From Amoebidium appalachense (taxonomy: Eukaryota > Protista > Ichthyosporea): a stretch of DNA of 64,000 nt. A model generated the notes under the pieces. The model saw nothing but the letters and a program-made list of their open reading frames with translations. It did not search any database and was not told the origin of the DNA. Of the stretch, positions 1 through 24,245 are shown in pieces. The DNA lies in contig CAVNZM010000008.1 of the NCBI GenBank assembly GCA_963693365.1, positions 10,104,293 to 10,168,292 on the forward strand, in the 5' to 3' direction. Positions within the stretch are counted from its first letter, which is position 1. Each line of letters opens with the position of its first letter. Position numbers and translations under genes: made by a program.

Positions 1-1282
1 CGATGGGTCGAACTCTGGGAGTGCTTTACCTGCAAAGAATGATATTAAATTTGAGTGTAGTTTTGGAAGAGAACGTGGGTAAGCACGATGGGTTTGTTGG
101 TAAAAACCAGGGAAAACTTTCAGGAACAACCGGATCTTTGTGATCGTGGAGTGTGTTTCAGAGAGCTAACTATCGTGCTCGTTCACAGGATCTATTGGGT
201 GTTCTGTAGAAGAAGAGCCCGTGATAAAGAGAACTTCTTTTTTTTCCAAAGCAGAGCGAGCGAATTTTGTGCATGAATGAAGTATTTGGAGATATCTGTG
301 CCGCAGAGGGATTCAGAGGTGATGAACAGTGTGTTCCTGTGTCTGTGTGTGTGTGCGCGCGCGCTCCGGGGCGGAAATGCGTACACTGCTGGCTAAACAT
401 CGCATCCAATGCAACAGGCCTCGTATGCAACAAGAGACCGGCTTCTCTACAAGGGACAAAATCTGCATTACTCCTACGGGCACGAACAAGCAGACTTTGT
501 ACACACACCATAAGCTACCGCGCTAGGCAAAAAAATGCGCCCCATATCTATAAAGCTGAAGCAAAGTATGCAAGACACAGCCCACACACATGACGATCAT
601 AAAGGCATATCCCTATGGACCATAAGCAGCCGCTGGACACATTTCACCAAATCCTGTGCAAACAAAAACATGAAACGAACAAGAAGTTGGTTTGAAATGA
701 CGCCAACATACCTCCGTCTTCCTCCAGAACCTCGCTGTCCGTTTCCGCCCCAATGTCATCCTCCTCCTCCTCCACCTCGACTTTACCCTCTGCAGGTGTG
801 ATCGCCTCTGGTTGCTTGTCCTCATCCATAACACCGCTACCCAACGTGCCTGTCACATTCTTGAAAACTCCCTCGAATAACTGCTCACGCAGGCCACCTT
901 TGCTTCCTTCCAGGGAAACACCGTGTAGAACCAACACAAGAACGACACCTAACAAAGCAAGAGCGATCACCAGCTTTTTCCATCTACCCAAAGTATCAAA
1001 GGATCCTCTTGGTCCGTCTTTCTTTTTTAGACTGTCATCTGACATGAGCGTCTCGAGATCTCGTTTCCTTTGCTGTTCTGGTGCCGACGAAGTTCGTCTC
1101 AGAGTTTGGTCCGACGTATTCATGTCATCGTGACCATCATAGTCATGAATCTCTATTTCGTGGTGATGTCTTTGTGGGGAAGGTGACCAAAACTGACGTT
1201 TATGCGGAGAACGAGGAGTCTTAAGGTGCCCTGTGTCTTCTTCCGCCCCCTTTAGAGGGACGGAAAGGTATTGTGGCTGCAT
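1..1282 (-). CDS. 5' part of a type II membrane protein gene (Golgi glycosyltransferase-like topology); continues beyond window start
   Basis: ATG at 1282 (MQPQYLSV...), cytosolic N-terminus, one TM helix (KKLVIALALLGVVLVLVLHGV), acidic stem. Donor GTATGT at 711 and acceptor TTTGCAG at 30 are phase-compatible (…EEDG/GKALPEFDPS). No catalytic domain visible. Confidence 0.6.
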
Positions 1283-1974
1283 TTGTGCACCCTCTTTTGT
1301 GTGTTTTTGCCTCGTGGGCTGATGCAGATCAAGAGGGAAGTAAATCTGGTGACGGGGAAAATGTGGACAAAAAACAACTACGAAATAACTGCGTATTCTC
1401 AGTTGGCTACTTTCCCCGCCAATGATTATTCGCATGTGCAAGTTTGTTTTGCCAGGTTGCCTCAGCAGATCAGTGGGCACAAATGCAACAAACAAAAGGA
1501 GCTCTGAATGATGCAACTGCTGTGAAAAGCACATCTACGCAAGCGGCAACAGCAGTTGTGGTATGCATCGAATCAAATACATTTATTACATCTTAAAAAA
1601 GACCAGTTCCCAATTATATCTGTTTTAATCAAGATTTTAATTTTTTTGCTATCATACATTTGTTTTGACGTAATTCTTTCACAATGTATTGCACGAATCA
1701 GCGCGTTCTTCGTGATCAAAAAGCCAATCAGAGTCAACGAAGCCACTATGACTTAGGACTAACCCAAATTTGGCAAAAGCGCGCGTAGATAATTTATTAC
1801 TGTGCCTCGGGTGTACACAACCGTTTGATTGAAAACGAAAGTTTTCCAAGTCCCTAAACAAGAAAAAATAAAGCCTGCTGCCATCTCCAGCTTGCAGCCT
1901 TCACAGATTTGCGCACGTGGCATAATTCTGCAATCGTTTCGTGTAAACCTCTCCCGGGCCCGGTGTAAATACTG

Positions 1975-2281
1975 TTGTGTGTTTGTGAGTCTGTTTTTGT
2001 GTGCACGTTCGTGTTACACATGTGTGTGCGTGTGTGTGCATGTGCGCTCGCGCGCGCGCGTCTGTGTGTGCTTGTGTGAGTGTGTGTGCGTGTGTGTGTG
2101 TGTGTGTGTCTGTTTTTGTGTGCACGTTCGTGTGTGTGTGTGTGTGTGACACCGTGTGCGTGTGTCTGTTTTTGTGTGCACGTTCGTTTGTGTGTGTGTG
2201 CGTGTGTGCGTGTGTGTGTTTGTGTGTGTGTGTGTGTGTGACAGCGTGTGTCTGTCGACACGTCTGTTTATGTGTGCACGT

Positions 2282-2352
<71 letters not shown>
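1975..2352. repeat. (GT)n microsatellite with a higher-order unit
   Basis: TCTGTTTTTGTGTGCACGTTCG recurs about 4 times (near 1991, 2109, 2165, 2263) within GT repeats. Confidence 0.8.
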
Positions 2353-2354
<2 letters not shown>

Positions 2355-2488
2355 CTTGTTAGGGACTATCTGCCTGGTACCTCCAGGGCTCCGGAGACCC
2401 GTTCGCGATGGGGGAGGGGAGGGCCGCGCGTGGGGAGGGGGGAGAGGGGGGGAGGGGGGGGACGTCTCCCAGACTAGGAAGAGGGGGT

Positions 2489-2527
<39 letters not shown>

Positions 2528-3367
2528 CGAGAAACTCCCAAAGGCTTAGGATTTCTTGCAGCTTCTTTATATCACATTTTAATACTATGACTGGCACTCG
2601 GCCTGCAGCGATTCATTGCACTAGATTCAAGCTTTTAGTACAGACTATGATGTACTCGGATCATACATTTTTCCGCGTGGTAAAACATTCGCCATCACTG
2701 GTACATGCAGAAGCGTCCCACCTCGAACGAGGTGTGACCCACTAAAACACCCTCCCAGGGCGGGATCAAATTACTGCAGATTATCTCAGTAATTCGTGGG
2801 GGTACTCGAACTATCCCTAGCAAGGTGCCATAAACAAATCTCTGTCATTCACAAGCTAGTGTATGTGACTATGATACTTCTACATGTGCATACTTTGCAA
2901 AACGAACATTCATATGATCTGAAAGAGACACGGACGGCCATAAACGGAACGGAGTCAGCAATCATCATAATCAATCAATTAATTATTCGCTCGTGTCACA
3001 AAGCTTGCTGGAAAACGCCTTATTTGGTAATACACTAGGTATATTTAGATCTATCTAGACACGTAGGTTCTTAACTTTATGCATTACATCTAACTTAGAA
3101 AGAGATGCAACATAATCAGTCTGCAGAGAACGGGAAGGGCTACTTGTATAACCTCATTCGAAATTGTAGCTAGCACACACACATATCATCAGACGTGCTA
3201 ATGTATTTTGGAGTCTGATTACTGGGTGTGTGAAGTTGTCTTAATGCCTGAAGCATAGAGGGTTGATGTGTGAGCGTAGATATATCGATGCTATATGTGT
3301 GTGCAGGTTGCAGTGTGCGCCCCTTGCAGAATGCAAACACTGACTTGGGAGGTAAATGAGTCAGCAA

Positions 3368-13941
<10,574 letters not shown>

Positions 13942-15293
13942 ACCTTACTACCACTGTCGATCCTTTTTCGCAGATTTGACTGTAGCTACCTACAGCAATG
14001 CAAAAGGAGTATATATGGCGGCCACGAAACCCTCTTCCTTTCCTATTATTATTGTTCTTAATCACCAGTCCGCTTACAGGCGACCACCTTCATGAATCTC
14101 AAGCCCTCTGTGGCTTTACAGTGCACATATGTGTAAACAAAGCAAGTATCATATAATCCCTGACCGCATTCACAACAGGATTAATACCCACGTTGGAGCC
14201 TCAGTGGAAAATGGCAACGCAACCGCAAGATTAATAGAACATATCAACAACTGAGTATAGAACATATCAACAACTGAGTAATCTTGAAGGATATTCCCCT
14301 GACATACGCATGCTTTTTCAACCACGAAACACCGTTTATGGAGTTGTGTCATGCAGTGTGGCTGCGCACACGGCCGAGGCCCCGGCACCTGGTGCCTGCC
14401 TGGGGGGCACGCACCGGACGCACCTGCACGTGCACAATCGACGATGCTGCCTTGACCAATCCGATGTAAGATGCACGATAATCCAATCATGTGTTTTTGA
14501 AAGGAATTTGGGCCTATTAATAACGAGGCCTTGATAAATAAGCGACTCTCAGAAGCTGTAAACTCAACAATTTGATGTATTTATACTTTAAAGCTTTTTA
14601 TTAGAACATTTAACTATTATATTAATGGAATATCAAGCCGGGCTTGTAGTATAGAGCTGTAGGTACAGTCACCGTGCCCCGCGAGTCACCCCAGCTAGTT
14701 GAAGGTTCTTGCAAGGCCGATAGCACCAGGTGACCGGTGATTATGGAGATAGCCTAGCGCCTGATGATTCGAGAAATACGTCGGAGGATACCTTCGCCAA
14801 CCGCATCAGTTACCATGAAACAAAATAAAGTCCACTCGGCTACACATTCAGCCATAATAAACAATTTTTTTCAAAATAAGGTCGAAATTCCATGTTATTC
14901 TTAAAAAAATGCGTCGATTAATAAGCTGAGTGTAGCGTAGTGCCACGTAATATAAAGATTCATATTAAAGACATTGTTACATTACCATTGGATAAGGGTC
15001 ACGCTTTGCTGTGGCTATGTCGTAATGGTTTCCTTTCAGCCAATCCGATAGCACTGACGTGTGTCGTAAAGATTTCGGCGGGTGAACTTTTTGGAGCTGA
15101 AAATGATCGTCCGTCACCAACATGTATTCACTTTCCTTGTTGTGGTTTTCATCTACTACACTACTTAGGCACGCGGTTGAACTTATTTCTCAACATGAGT
15201 AGGTATAGTGTTGTTTTCTGCACACCCAAAAATCTTAATACCATTCTGTAGCTCATAGTAATTACTGTTTCGCTAGTCTTAGACTCTGAGAGC

Positions 15294-16490
15294 ATGGCGC
15301 CTCTCGTGTTTCACACGCCAGGACCCACACATTCACGTTTGCACCCTATTACTCCAGGATTCAAGGATGTCTTTGCAACAGGCACACAACACACATACAT
15401 TTGCCCCGCTGGACCATTGCAAAATGTCTGCCCCCTCCCGACAAACACACGGTTCCTCCCAAAGATACCACGCAAGCGAAGGGCAGTTTCTTCCCTCGAT
15501 TTGCACTTTTCCTGCCCTTGCTGTGATCGAAAATACTACCTACAAAATTCACTCAGGCAGCACTTGAAGAAGGCACACCCAGAAGAAGCACGTGAAATCA
15601 TTCTGCGTATGAACACGGAACATGCAGGCACGCACGTAAAGGTTCCGCCAACCCCTTCGAGGTCAAGTGGCAGCGAATTTTCAAACAAAGAAGGTTCGAA
15701 ACGGAAAGAAGCCACAACAAAATCAACCCATTCATCGGTGACATTCACTACCCCTGCAACAAACACGGCTAATTTTCAGGCCGGGGATACAACGTGCAGT
15801 CCTTACAACACATTCGCTATAACACCTGTAGGTTCAAAGAAAGAAGAAACTGCTGTTACGAAAAGGGAGGAGGGTGTTGAAACGTCAGCAAGTAATTTCT
15901 CCCCGGTCGTTACGTACACCCCATCACCCAGCCCACCTTTCATGGCGCGAGCAAACGTTTTGCCAACCACAGATGTGTTCGCCAGCCCCACCGTGGTTAC
16001 CACGAGCGGAAAGAATAGTTCGAATTTGGTGCCTTATGGTGCTTTTCAAAACACAGTCACCTTGTCGCCAACGCAAACACAAAGCCTATCCCAAAATGCC
16101 ACAATTCCCAGCTACGTCAGCCCCCAAATCCCATTTGCCACTCCAGACAGCATGTATTATGACGAAGTATGGCAGGATTCTCTTGCCGAAGAACAGAAAC
16201 TCTTGCTACTTGGAACCCACCCAACCCAAAACATAACCACGGGTCTAAGCAAGACACACCCAAGTGACGGGATTTCTCAGCTGAACATGTGGGGATATTC
16301 CCCAGACGATTCTTTGGTGGATGGGGCGGACCAGGTGCTGAATTCTCGGCTTGGGTTAAGCACCGGAGAAGAGTGCGATTTTTCTTCAAGTACGTGGCAG
16401 TTGGGATATGAATCCTGTGGGGGGGATGCAGATCTTGTCTCTGCAGTCACCGCCGTAATGAGTCTTAGTAACCTACTAGCTGCAATGTAG
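15294..16490 (+). CDS. Single-exon C2H2 zinc-finger protein (putative transcription factor)
   Basis: FSCPCCDRKYYLQNSLRQHLKKAH preceded by basic PRKRR; S/T/P-rich and acidic C-terminus; 398 aa. Confidence 0.8.
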   Translation: MAPLVFHTPGPTHSRLHPITPGFKDVFATGTQHTYICPAGPLQNVCPLPTNTRFLPKIPRKRRAVSSLDLHFSCPCCDRKYYLQNSLRQHLKKAHPEEAREIILRMNTEHAGTHVKVPPTPSRSSGSEFSNKEGSKRKEATTKSTHSSVTFTTPATNTANFQAGDTTCSPYNTFAITPVGSKKEETAVTKREEGVETSASNFSPVVTYTPSPSPPFMARANVLPTTDVFASPTVVTTSGKNSSNLVPYGAFQNTVTLSPTQTQSLSQNATIPSYVSPQIPFATPDSMYYDEVWQDSLAEEQKLLLLGTHPTQNITTGLSKTHPSDGISQLNMWGYSPDDSLVDGADQVLNSRLGLSTGEECDFSSSTWQLGYESCGGDADLVSAVTAVMSLSNLLAAM

Positions 16491-16545
16491 GTATGTATGG
16501 TTTTCGGTTGGTATTGTGATTATTTGTTACGTGAGTATGGCATGT

Positions 16546-16644
16546 TTTTGTTACACTCAGTGTCTGAAGGAATTCATAATTGAATTATCATAGTGTTTTT
16601 GTTACCTCACTGTCTGAAGGAATTCATGATTGAATTATCATAGT
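16546..16644. repeat. ~50-bp imperfect tandem duplication in the 3' flank
   Basis: TTTTTGTTAC…TGTCTGAAGGAATTCAT.ATTGAATTATCATAGT x2. Confidence 0.8.
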
Positions 16645-16758
16645 AAGACCATCCGAACCGGGTACGGAGAAGGCTGGTGTGAAAGTAGGTAATATAGGTG
16701 AAAGTCATCACCGTAAGTCTGAAGTGTTCGTAGAAATCTAGGAAGTCCTTTAAAACTT

Positions 16759-17277
16759 TGAAATATAGCTAAATTATCCAGCTGCAATGAATATATGATT
16801 GCAGAGTATGTAAACTATGTAAACTAAGGATTTGGAAATGATATGACTGTGGGAGCGGTGCTGACTTTGTAGCACATCGCAGTAACGGGAGGCCGTAAAT
16901 TTAACTGCATATAAAAGGGCCCCATCTGAGGGTGGTTGCTTTATAATAAAATAAGTTCGTGATATAACGAGCACGCTATTGATTAATGCGCATTATACTG
17001 GCAAGAAATTGCAGCCGTGAAATATAGCTAAATTATCCAGCTGCAATGAATATATGATTGCAGAGTATGTAAACTATGTAAACTAAGGATTTGGAAATGA
17101 TATGACTGTGGGAGCGGTGCTGACTTTGTAGCACATCGCAGTAACGGGAGGCCGTAAATTTAACTGCATATAAAAGGGCCCCATCTGAGGGTGGTTGCTT
17201 TATAATAAAATAAGTTCGTGATATAACGAGCACGCTATTGATTAATGCGCATTATACTGGCAAGAAATTGCAGCCGT
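16759..17277. repeat. Perfect 259-bp tandem duplication
   Basis: 16759-17017 repeated at 17018-17276; the ORF track gives the same 66-aa ORF twice, 259 bp apart. Confidence 0.92.
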
Positions 17278-17338
17278 TACTGAGACATTTCAGACAGTTC
17301 GAATTAACATTCTGAATGTGCAGGTGCAGTGGGGCTGT

Positions 17339-17401
<63 letters not shown>

Positions 17402-17915
17402 ATGGGACGGATGCTGGTTGCGGAGGAGGTGGTGGTGTTGAACACGAGTGGCCGGTGGGTGGGTGGTGATAGTGGTGGAAGTTCGACGGCCATTTGGGTG
17501 GGAGGTAGGGGGGTTGGAGGGGTAGATGGGCCATGAGTGGAGAGGGGGAGGGGGGGGACGAGTGTTCCATGGGGTTGGAGTGGTGAGGTTGACGCATATG
17601 GTGGTGGTGGTGGTGGGGAAGGGGGGTATATGCCATGTATCTAGCATCGAAAGGATGAGTGAGTGAGGGTGATGATTGGTGATAAAATGCGCAGAGCCGA
17701 GTTCAATATGTGCACTCTCAAAGCAGGCTTTAGTTCGAAGGTTTAGTGTGTCAATGTGCGTGTGTGCGCGCGTGTTTGTGCTTGTGTGTGTGTGTGTATG
17801 TGTGAGTGTGCGTGTACGTGTGTGTATGTGTGTGTGTATGTGTGTGCATGTGTGCCGCGGTGCATGCATCTGCGTACGCGTGCAGATCGAAACCTTTTTT
17901 CCCCGCGCGGGGGGA

Positions 17916-17948
<33 letters not shown>

Positions 17949-18366
17949 GGGGGGAGGGGGGGAATCGAGGATGGTTGGAATTTTATTTTTTTCCAAAACT
18001 TACAGAGTGTAAAATTGGTTATAATCAACAAGATAATGCACGCAGCAGGAAAAGCAGTATACACAACGAGAAAGTCCTATATACATATTTATATTCAACC
18101 AAGACAAATTTATGTACACCAATATTAATATTATACGAAAATTTTCAAAGTACAGGGTCTCTAACACAAAGCATTCAGTTGTATCAACCTTCAAATGGTG
18201 GCTACTTGTGTCGTGCACACATCATACGGCTTAAGTTGCCGACATTCAGCACTATTCGATCTTACATCTAATAATTCTAGATAGCACTACATCCTCATCC
18301 CCCCCCCCCCCCCCCCTCTCCCCTGCCGCCCCCCCCCCCCCCCCCCCCCCTTCCCCCTGCCGCCCG

Positions 18367-18440
<74 letters not shown>

Positions 18441-18645
18441 CATGCACACAAAAACACAGCAAGGACCAAAAGGGCAAAAAAACAGGAGGGCACGAAAAGG
18501 AAACGTGCATTATTGTGCAACAATCAGGTATTCATAGCGACCCCCAACGACTAAAAACAAAGGGGGAAAAGAAAAAAGTAGAGCACAGGGGAAAACAAAA
18601 CAGAAAAGAACCAAACCACTTTGTTTTCACATGTACAGGTGGAGC

Positions 18646-19285
18646 CTAAAACAGCACATTCTCCCCCTGTATTGTCCTCAAAATGTACTCCGCCGAGCCC
18701 TCTAACGTAAACCACTTTCTCAATCGCCTAATCTGCCTCAATCGGTCATCAATCAACCTCCTCGGCTCCCCGGCCAGAATATGCGGCAGCCGCCTAATCT
18801 GATCGACGTTAATCGAAATGCCGATCTGCTCCCACACGAAATTTTCCACGCGGTTATAAGGCAACACCTCCACATCGTCCCATATGTGGATAGGGATCGA
18901 CCCGAGTTGGAGAGTCTCCACTACCCGCCACGAAGTCCGGCCCGACCCGCGAGGGCACAAAACGAACGTCGCGCTTTCCATAACGTCTTTAAACTCCTCC
19001 CCAAGATATTTCCTATAAGGAAACCTGATTTCATCAAGAGCTTTAACCATCTTCTTGCGAACTGCGGCGGTTTTGTTTATGGTTGTGACAACGAAGTTTT
19101 CCTCCGTTTTGGGTAGCGGTGGATTACGAGGCATGAGATTGTCCTTGATAAGGGGAATCAAGGTGACGTTTCGGACATACTTGAAGTCTTGTTCTACCGC
19201 GCCTCCTGCACTGAAAACATGGACGTTGGATGGAAGTTCCAAGTCCAACTGCAAAAGTGTGTGTGTGTGTGTGTTTGTGTGGGGT

Positions 19286-19329
<44 letters not shown>

Positions 19330-19332
19330 GTG

Positions 19333-19394
<62 letters not shown>

Positions 19395-19430
19395 TGAACG
19401 CGTGTGTGCGCGTGCATGCGCGTGCGCGCG

Positions 19431-19471
<41 letters not shown>

Positions 19472-19507
19472 TGTCTGTGTGTGTGTGCGTAGTATGTGTG
19501 GGTGAGT

Positions 19508-19538
<31 letters not shown>

Positions 19539-19847
19539 GGGGGGGTGAGTGTGTGAATTTGTGAAGGGGAATGTGCATGTGCATGTGTGTGTGTGTGTAT
19601 GCTTTCATTTCCACATCGGTGCATGAGCATACACACATTTGAAAGTGACCTTCGTGTACGGGGGGGTGCTTCGATACGAGCGTATGCATGTGCGATTGTG
19701 TGACGTGTATGTGTACAGATGTGGGTGTTTAAGGAGTGTGGGTGTATGTGGACTTCCCGGCATCGGCAGTTCTTTTCCGGGGGGAGAAGGGGGAGGGAAG
19801 GGGGGGGGGGGAGGTGGAGGTGGGCATGTGGGCGTACGAGGGGAGAA

Positions 19848-19878
<31 letters not shown>

Positions 19879-20062
19879 AAATGAAGGGAGAGAATGACAC
19901 TCGAGAATAAATTGCCGTCCACCTAACCCAGATGCCCAAGCCTAACAGTTGGGGTGTTGGTTTTCAACCCCACCGCACATGTCTACACAACACCAACACA
20001 CTACCTAGCATCAAATGGAAGACCTGTACGATCACCTTTAAACTTACCCCCCCCCCCCCCCT

Positions 20063-20113
<51 letters not shown>

Positions 20114-20279
20114 CCACCCACCCACCCACCCGCCCACCACACACACACACACACACCTGCGCTGTGCCACGTTTGAACTGCAGCACGGCAAAGTATTCCC
20201 TGTCGCCGCGCACATATCTGTCCATGTACTGCTTCACCTCCTCCTTCCACTGCGCTTTCTGCTCGTCTGTGCCTGTGAT

Positions 20280-20323
<44 letters not shown>

Positions 20324-21756
20324 ATGGGGTCAGTATCACCCGACTCAACCAAACCACTCAAAGTTGGAATATCCCACACGATCGTTTCTTTCCTTTCCAT
20401 TTTCTCGACTACGAGTTAAAGGGGGATTGTTTTAGGTTGATTTATAGGCCATTTCGGGTCAGGCCAATATACTTTTGTATGTGCATCTCATCCATTATAA
20501 AGCACAAATCTCATTCGGGTCTGACCCGACCCAAATTCCCAAAAGAAACCCCCTTGAATGTGTGCCAGCCTTCTTAACTTGGCATTAAAAGCGAACAATG
20601 GCCACCAAAGAACTCATATGAATCATTCCATGTGCCCTCACCATGCCATGTGCCGATACCCTACAAAGTAAGGGCGTAAACCATATACTCTACTTGCCTC
20701 AGTGTATGTGCATTGGGCAGGGCATGTGAATGCCTAACAAGCAAATGAACAGGGGACATGTTGGGTGTGCATTTCCGGATGTGTAGTTATTTTGGCCTGT
20801 ATGTTCGTGGTTTTCATGTGGCTGGTTTGTCATAGGGAGGGAAAGAAACGGGTGGATATGATGATGGTGGGAGCGCTGTGTGGTACGCGCATGTGTGTGT
20901 GTCCGCGCGTGTGTGTGCGTGTATATGCGTGTATGTGTGCGTGTATGTGCGTGTATGTGTACGTGTATGTGCGTGTATGTGTGCGTGTATGTGCTTGTGT
21001 GTGCGAGTATGTGTGCGTGTATGTGTGCGTGTGTGTGTGTGCGTGTATGTGCGTGTGTGTGTGTGCGTGTGTATGTGTGTGTGTGTGTGTGTGCGCGTGT
21101 GTGTGCGTATGTGTGTGCGTGTATGTGTGCGTGTATGTGTGCGTGTGTGTGTGCGTGTATGTGTGCGCGTGTGTGTGCGCGTGTGTGTGCGTGTGTGTGT
21201 GCATGTGTGTGTGCGTGTATGTGTGCGTGTATGTGTGCGTGTATGTGTGCGTGTATGTGTGTATGTGTGTGTATGTGTGTGTGTGCGTGTATGTGTGTGT
21301 GCGCGTGTATGTGTGTGTGTGTGCGCGTGTATGTGTGTGTGCGTGTGCGTCTGTGTGTGCGTGTATGTGTGCGTGTGCGTCTGTGGGTGTGTGTATGTGT
21401 GCGTGTATGTGTGCGTGTATGTGTGCGTGTATGTGTGTGTGTATGTGTGCGTGTGCGTGTGCGTGTGCGTGCGCGTGCGCGTGCGCGTGCGCGTGCGTGC
21501 GTGCGTGCGTGCGTGCGCGCGCGCGCGCGCGCGCGCGAGTGTGTGGGTACGCTGGCGCACCTATATGTGTGGGTGTGCGCATGTCCATGCATGTGCCGTG
21601 TCCATTTCTCTTTTTCTTCATTTGTTCCTTCTTTCCTTGTTCTTCTTCTTCATCTTTTTCATTTTCTTTGTGTGTGTGTGTGTGTGTTTTTTTTTCGGGG
21701 GGTAGGGAGGAAGGCTAATGTATGCGGGGGAGGGGGGGGGGGGGGGAAGCTGATGT

Positions 21757-21787
<31 letters not shown>

Positions 21788-22170
21788 TACTGTATGCAAT
21801 AGACCCTAGGGGGTCTTGGGGGTAGGGGGTAAAAAAGGTTACAAGGAAAAATGGAAAGAAAGAAGAAAAGGAAAAAAAGAGGGGGGGGGGGAGGGGGGGG
21901 GGGGGAGTGTTACACAAGAGCACACAAAGCCATGCATGTGGCCAATTTTTGGGGGTTTTCTTCTTGGAGCCCAAGTGGGGAAAAGAGAGGGGAAGGAAGA
22001 GCAAAAAGCAAAGATGGTGAGGAAGAGGCCCCCGGGAGGGAAGAAGGGGAAGGGTGGGGGTGGTTGGGTGCAGGGGGGGACGGGGGGAGGGGGAGGGGAG
22101 GGGGGGGGAGGAGGCGAAGAAGGTGAGCTTGGGGATGAAGGTTAGGGATGACGAGAGATAGTGGAGAGGA

Positions 22171-22201
<31 letters not shown>

Positions 22202-22814
22202 ATGCCAGCAGTGGTACAGACCTGCAGGTTTGTCCAATAGAGAGGGAGGTAGAGTGGCTGGTGGGGCCTGTGGGCTGCTTTTGTGAAATATTCGAAAAAG
22301 TAATCTTCGATCCAAGGCCCTGTGTACCCCCCGTAATCCTTGTCGTATGGTGGTCGCAGATGATTGGCAGCCTGGAGAGGAGAGGGTGGTGGGGCGGGGC
22401 GCGGGGGGGGGGGCGGGGAGGGGGGGGGGGGGGGGGAAGGGGGGAAGGGGAATGAGTTACAGAGTACGGAGTACATTTAACGATGGACAACACAATGCAG
22501 GGGACAAAATTCAAGGGGGGGGAGGGGCATGGGTGGGTGGGTGGTTCTTTTTTTTTTTTTTTTTTTTTTTTGAGGCGGGAGGGGGGGGGAGGGATAAGAA
22601 ATGGATGGCAACGGGTCCATTACACAAGAGTGAAAAAGGAGGTGGAGAAGGTATTTCTATTTTAAGGCATGGATACGAGTAAAGGAAGGCCGATAAACTA
22701 CACTGTAGTTTTGTAACCGGTGGAATAGGGCGGAAGGCGGGGGGAGGGGAGGGGGCGGGAGTGTGTGCCTATAGGGGGTTGACGGAACGGGGAAGGAAAG
22801 GAGGGGGTTGATCC

Positions 22815-22846
<32 letters not shown>

Positions 22847-23780
22847 GTTTGTGTGTGTGTGTATGCGCGCGCGCCTGCCTGTATGAGTGTGCGCGTGTGT
22901 GGGCGCATGCACGTGTCCCCGGCTGGCCTGTGTACACGTGTGTGTACGTGTGTGTTTTGGTATGTGCGCGCGCGCATGTGCACCTGCATGTGCTCAGTGA
23001 TTGCTCGCAAGTACATATGTGTGCCCTTATGCAAGTGTGCATGCTGAATATATGTACAAGTAATTGCAGAGTGCATGTGGATGTGCATGTGGATGTTTGT
23101 ACCAAAAGCGGACAACTATAGTGCGTGTGTATGTGTGCCTACCTGTATGCATCACTTTCTGCATGCGACTGGGTGTTACAAAGAAAAAACCGAGAGGCCT
23201 CGGGGCTGAGCCAACTGAGGGCAAATAGAAATGCGAAGTTTTTGTGCACAAATAGGTTTATGTGGACTCCTCTCTTGTGACCGTGTTTGCGTGGGTGCGC
23301 ACTGGACACGGGTGTGCATTCGAGGGGAGTGCTTGGAGTAATGTGGTGTTCGTGTGTGTGTGTGTAGCGTGTTTGTGCTTCTTCTTTCTTATGTATGTTT
23401 GTGTGTGAAGGGGTGTGTGTTGGAGGGGAGTGCTTCGAGTGATGTGGTGTTCGTGCATATGTGTATGGGTGCATGGGCTTCTTCTTTCTTGTGTGTGTGG
23501 GGGTGTGCGTGCATGTGTGTGTGTGTAGGCTGGGGGAAGGGGGGAAGGGGGGAGGAGGATTTCGAAAAACACTAACCTCTATAAGCTCTTTCTGCTCTTG
23601 GCTCATCTGCCCATAATCGCTTCCGGAACCATCAGTGACGAAGGCGGACAACCTTGTGGTCTGTGTGCCCATAGAATAAAAACCTACAACGGCGAGGGCT
23701 AAAAGGGCAGCAGCTGCACATAGCGCTCTTATGGTTGTGGGTGACCCCTTAACGAAACTGGTAAAGTTGTGTGCTGTCAT
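18646..23780 (-). CDS. Exostosin-family (GT47) glycosyltransferase, type II membrane protein
   Basis: Exons 23780-23577 ([19 protein letters not shown]), 22371-22222 (GPWIEDYF…YLPLYWTN), 20279-20157, 19248-18646 ([37 protein letters not shown]); all phase-0 GT-AG. Confidence 0.88.
20420..20554. mobile_element. MITE, second (inverted) copy of the 9626-9764 family
   Basis: TTAA|AGGGGGATTGTTTTAGG … CCCAAAAGAAACCCCCT|TGAA; internal TTCGGGTCTGA.CCGACCC shared. Confidence 0.75.
20885..21545. repeat. Compound alternating purine-pyrimidine satellite
   Basis: ~660 bp built from GTGTATGTGTGC-type 12-mers grading into (GTGC)n and (GC)n. Confidence 0.9.
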
Positions 23781-24245
23781 TCTAAAGAAGATTAGGGTGA
23801 TTGACACCGCCAAGCCAGAATGGATCTTGGGATCAGGTCTGAAAAAAAGGGACTCTACCTATGGCGTGGCATTCGTAGTTTCAGTTAACCTTATGTGCAT
23901 GCATGCCTACTCTTTCAAAGTGAGGATTTGTCTCTAAAACCTCTGTATTCCGCAAAATTACGGAACGCGCCCTTCAGTTGTCACTTCTCAGCAGCTATTG
24001 TGCTTGGGTAACGTGCACCTTCCGTTTGCCCAACATGCACCGAATTTCTTAACAAACACGAGTCTGCCACTGAAAGGCATAACAAGCAGAATGAAGTCAG
24101 TCTTGAGGTCACTAAATACTAAGTTGTGATGACTTTTAGTTCCTAATGTTTTAACACAACACTATAGACCTTCACTTTGAACAACGGCGGCTTTATCGAT
24201 GTCTGACCCCTTGTGACTGGATAACTTCAAGACTAGATAACTAAA

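Noticed and set aside
14310-14470. Weak similarity to 47480-47550 (GCACC.GG.GC…CAC.TGCACAA.CG)
   Set aside because: Too short and degenerate to support homology without alignment statistics.
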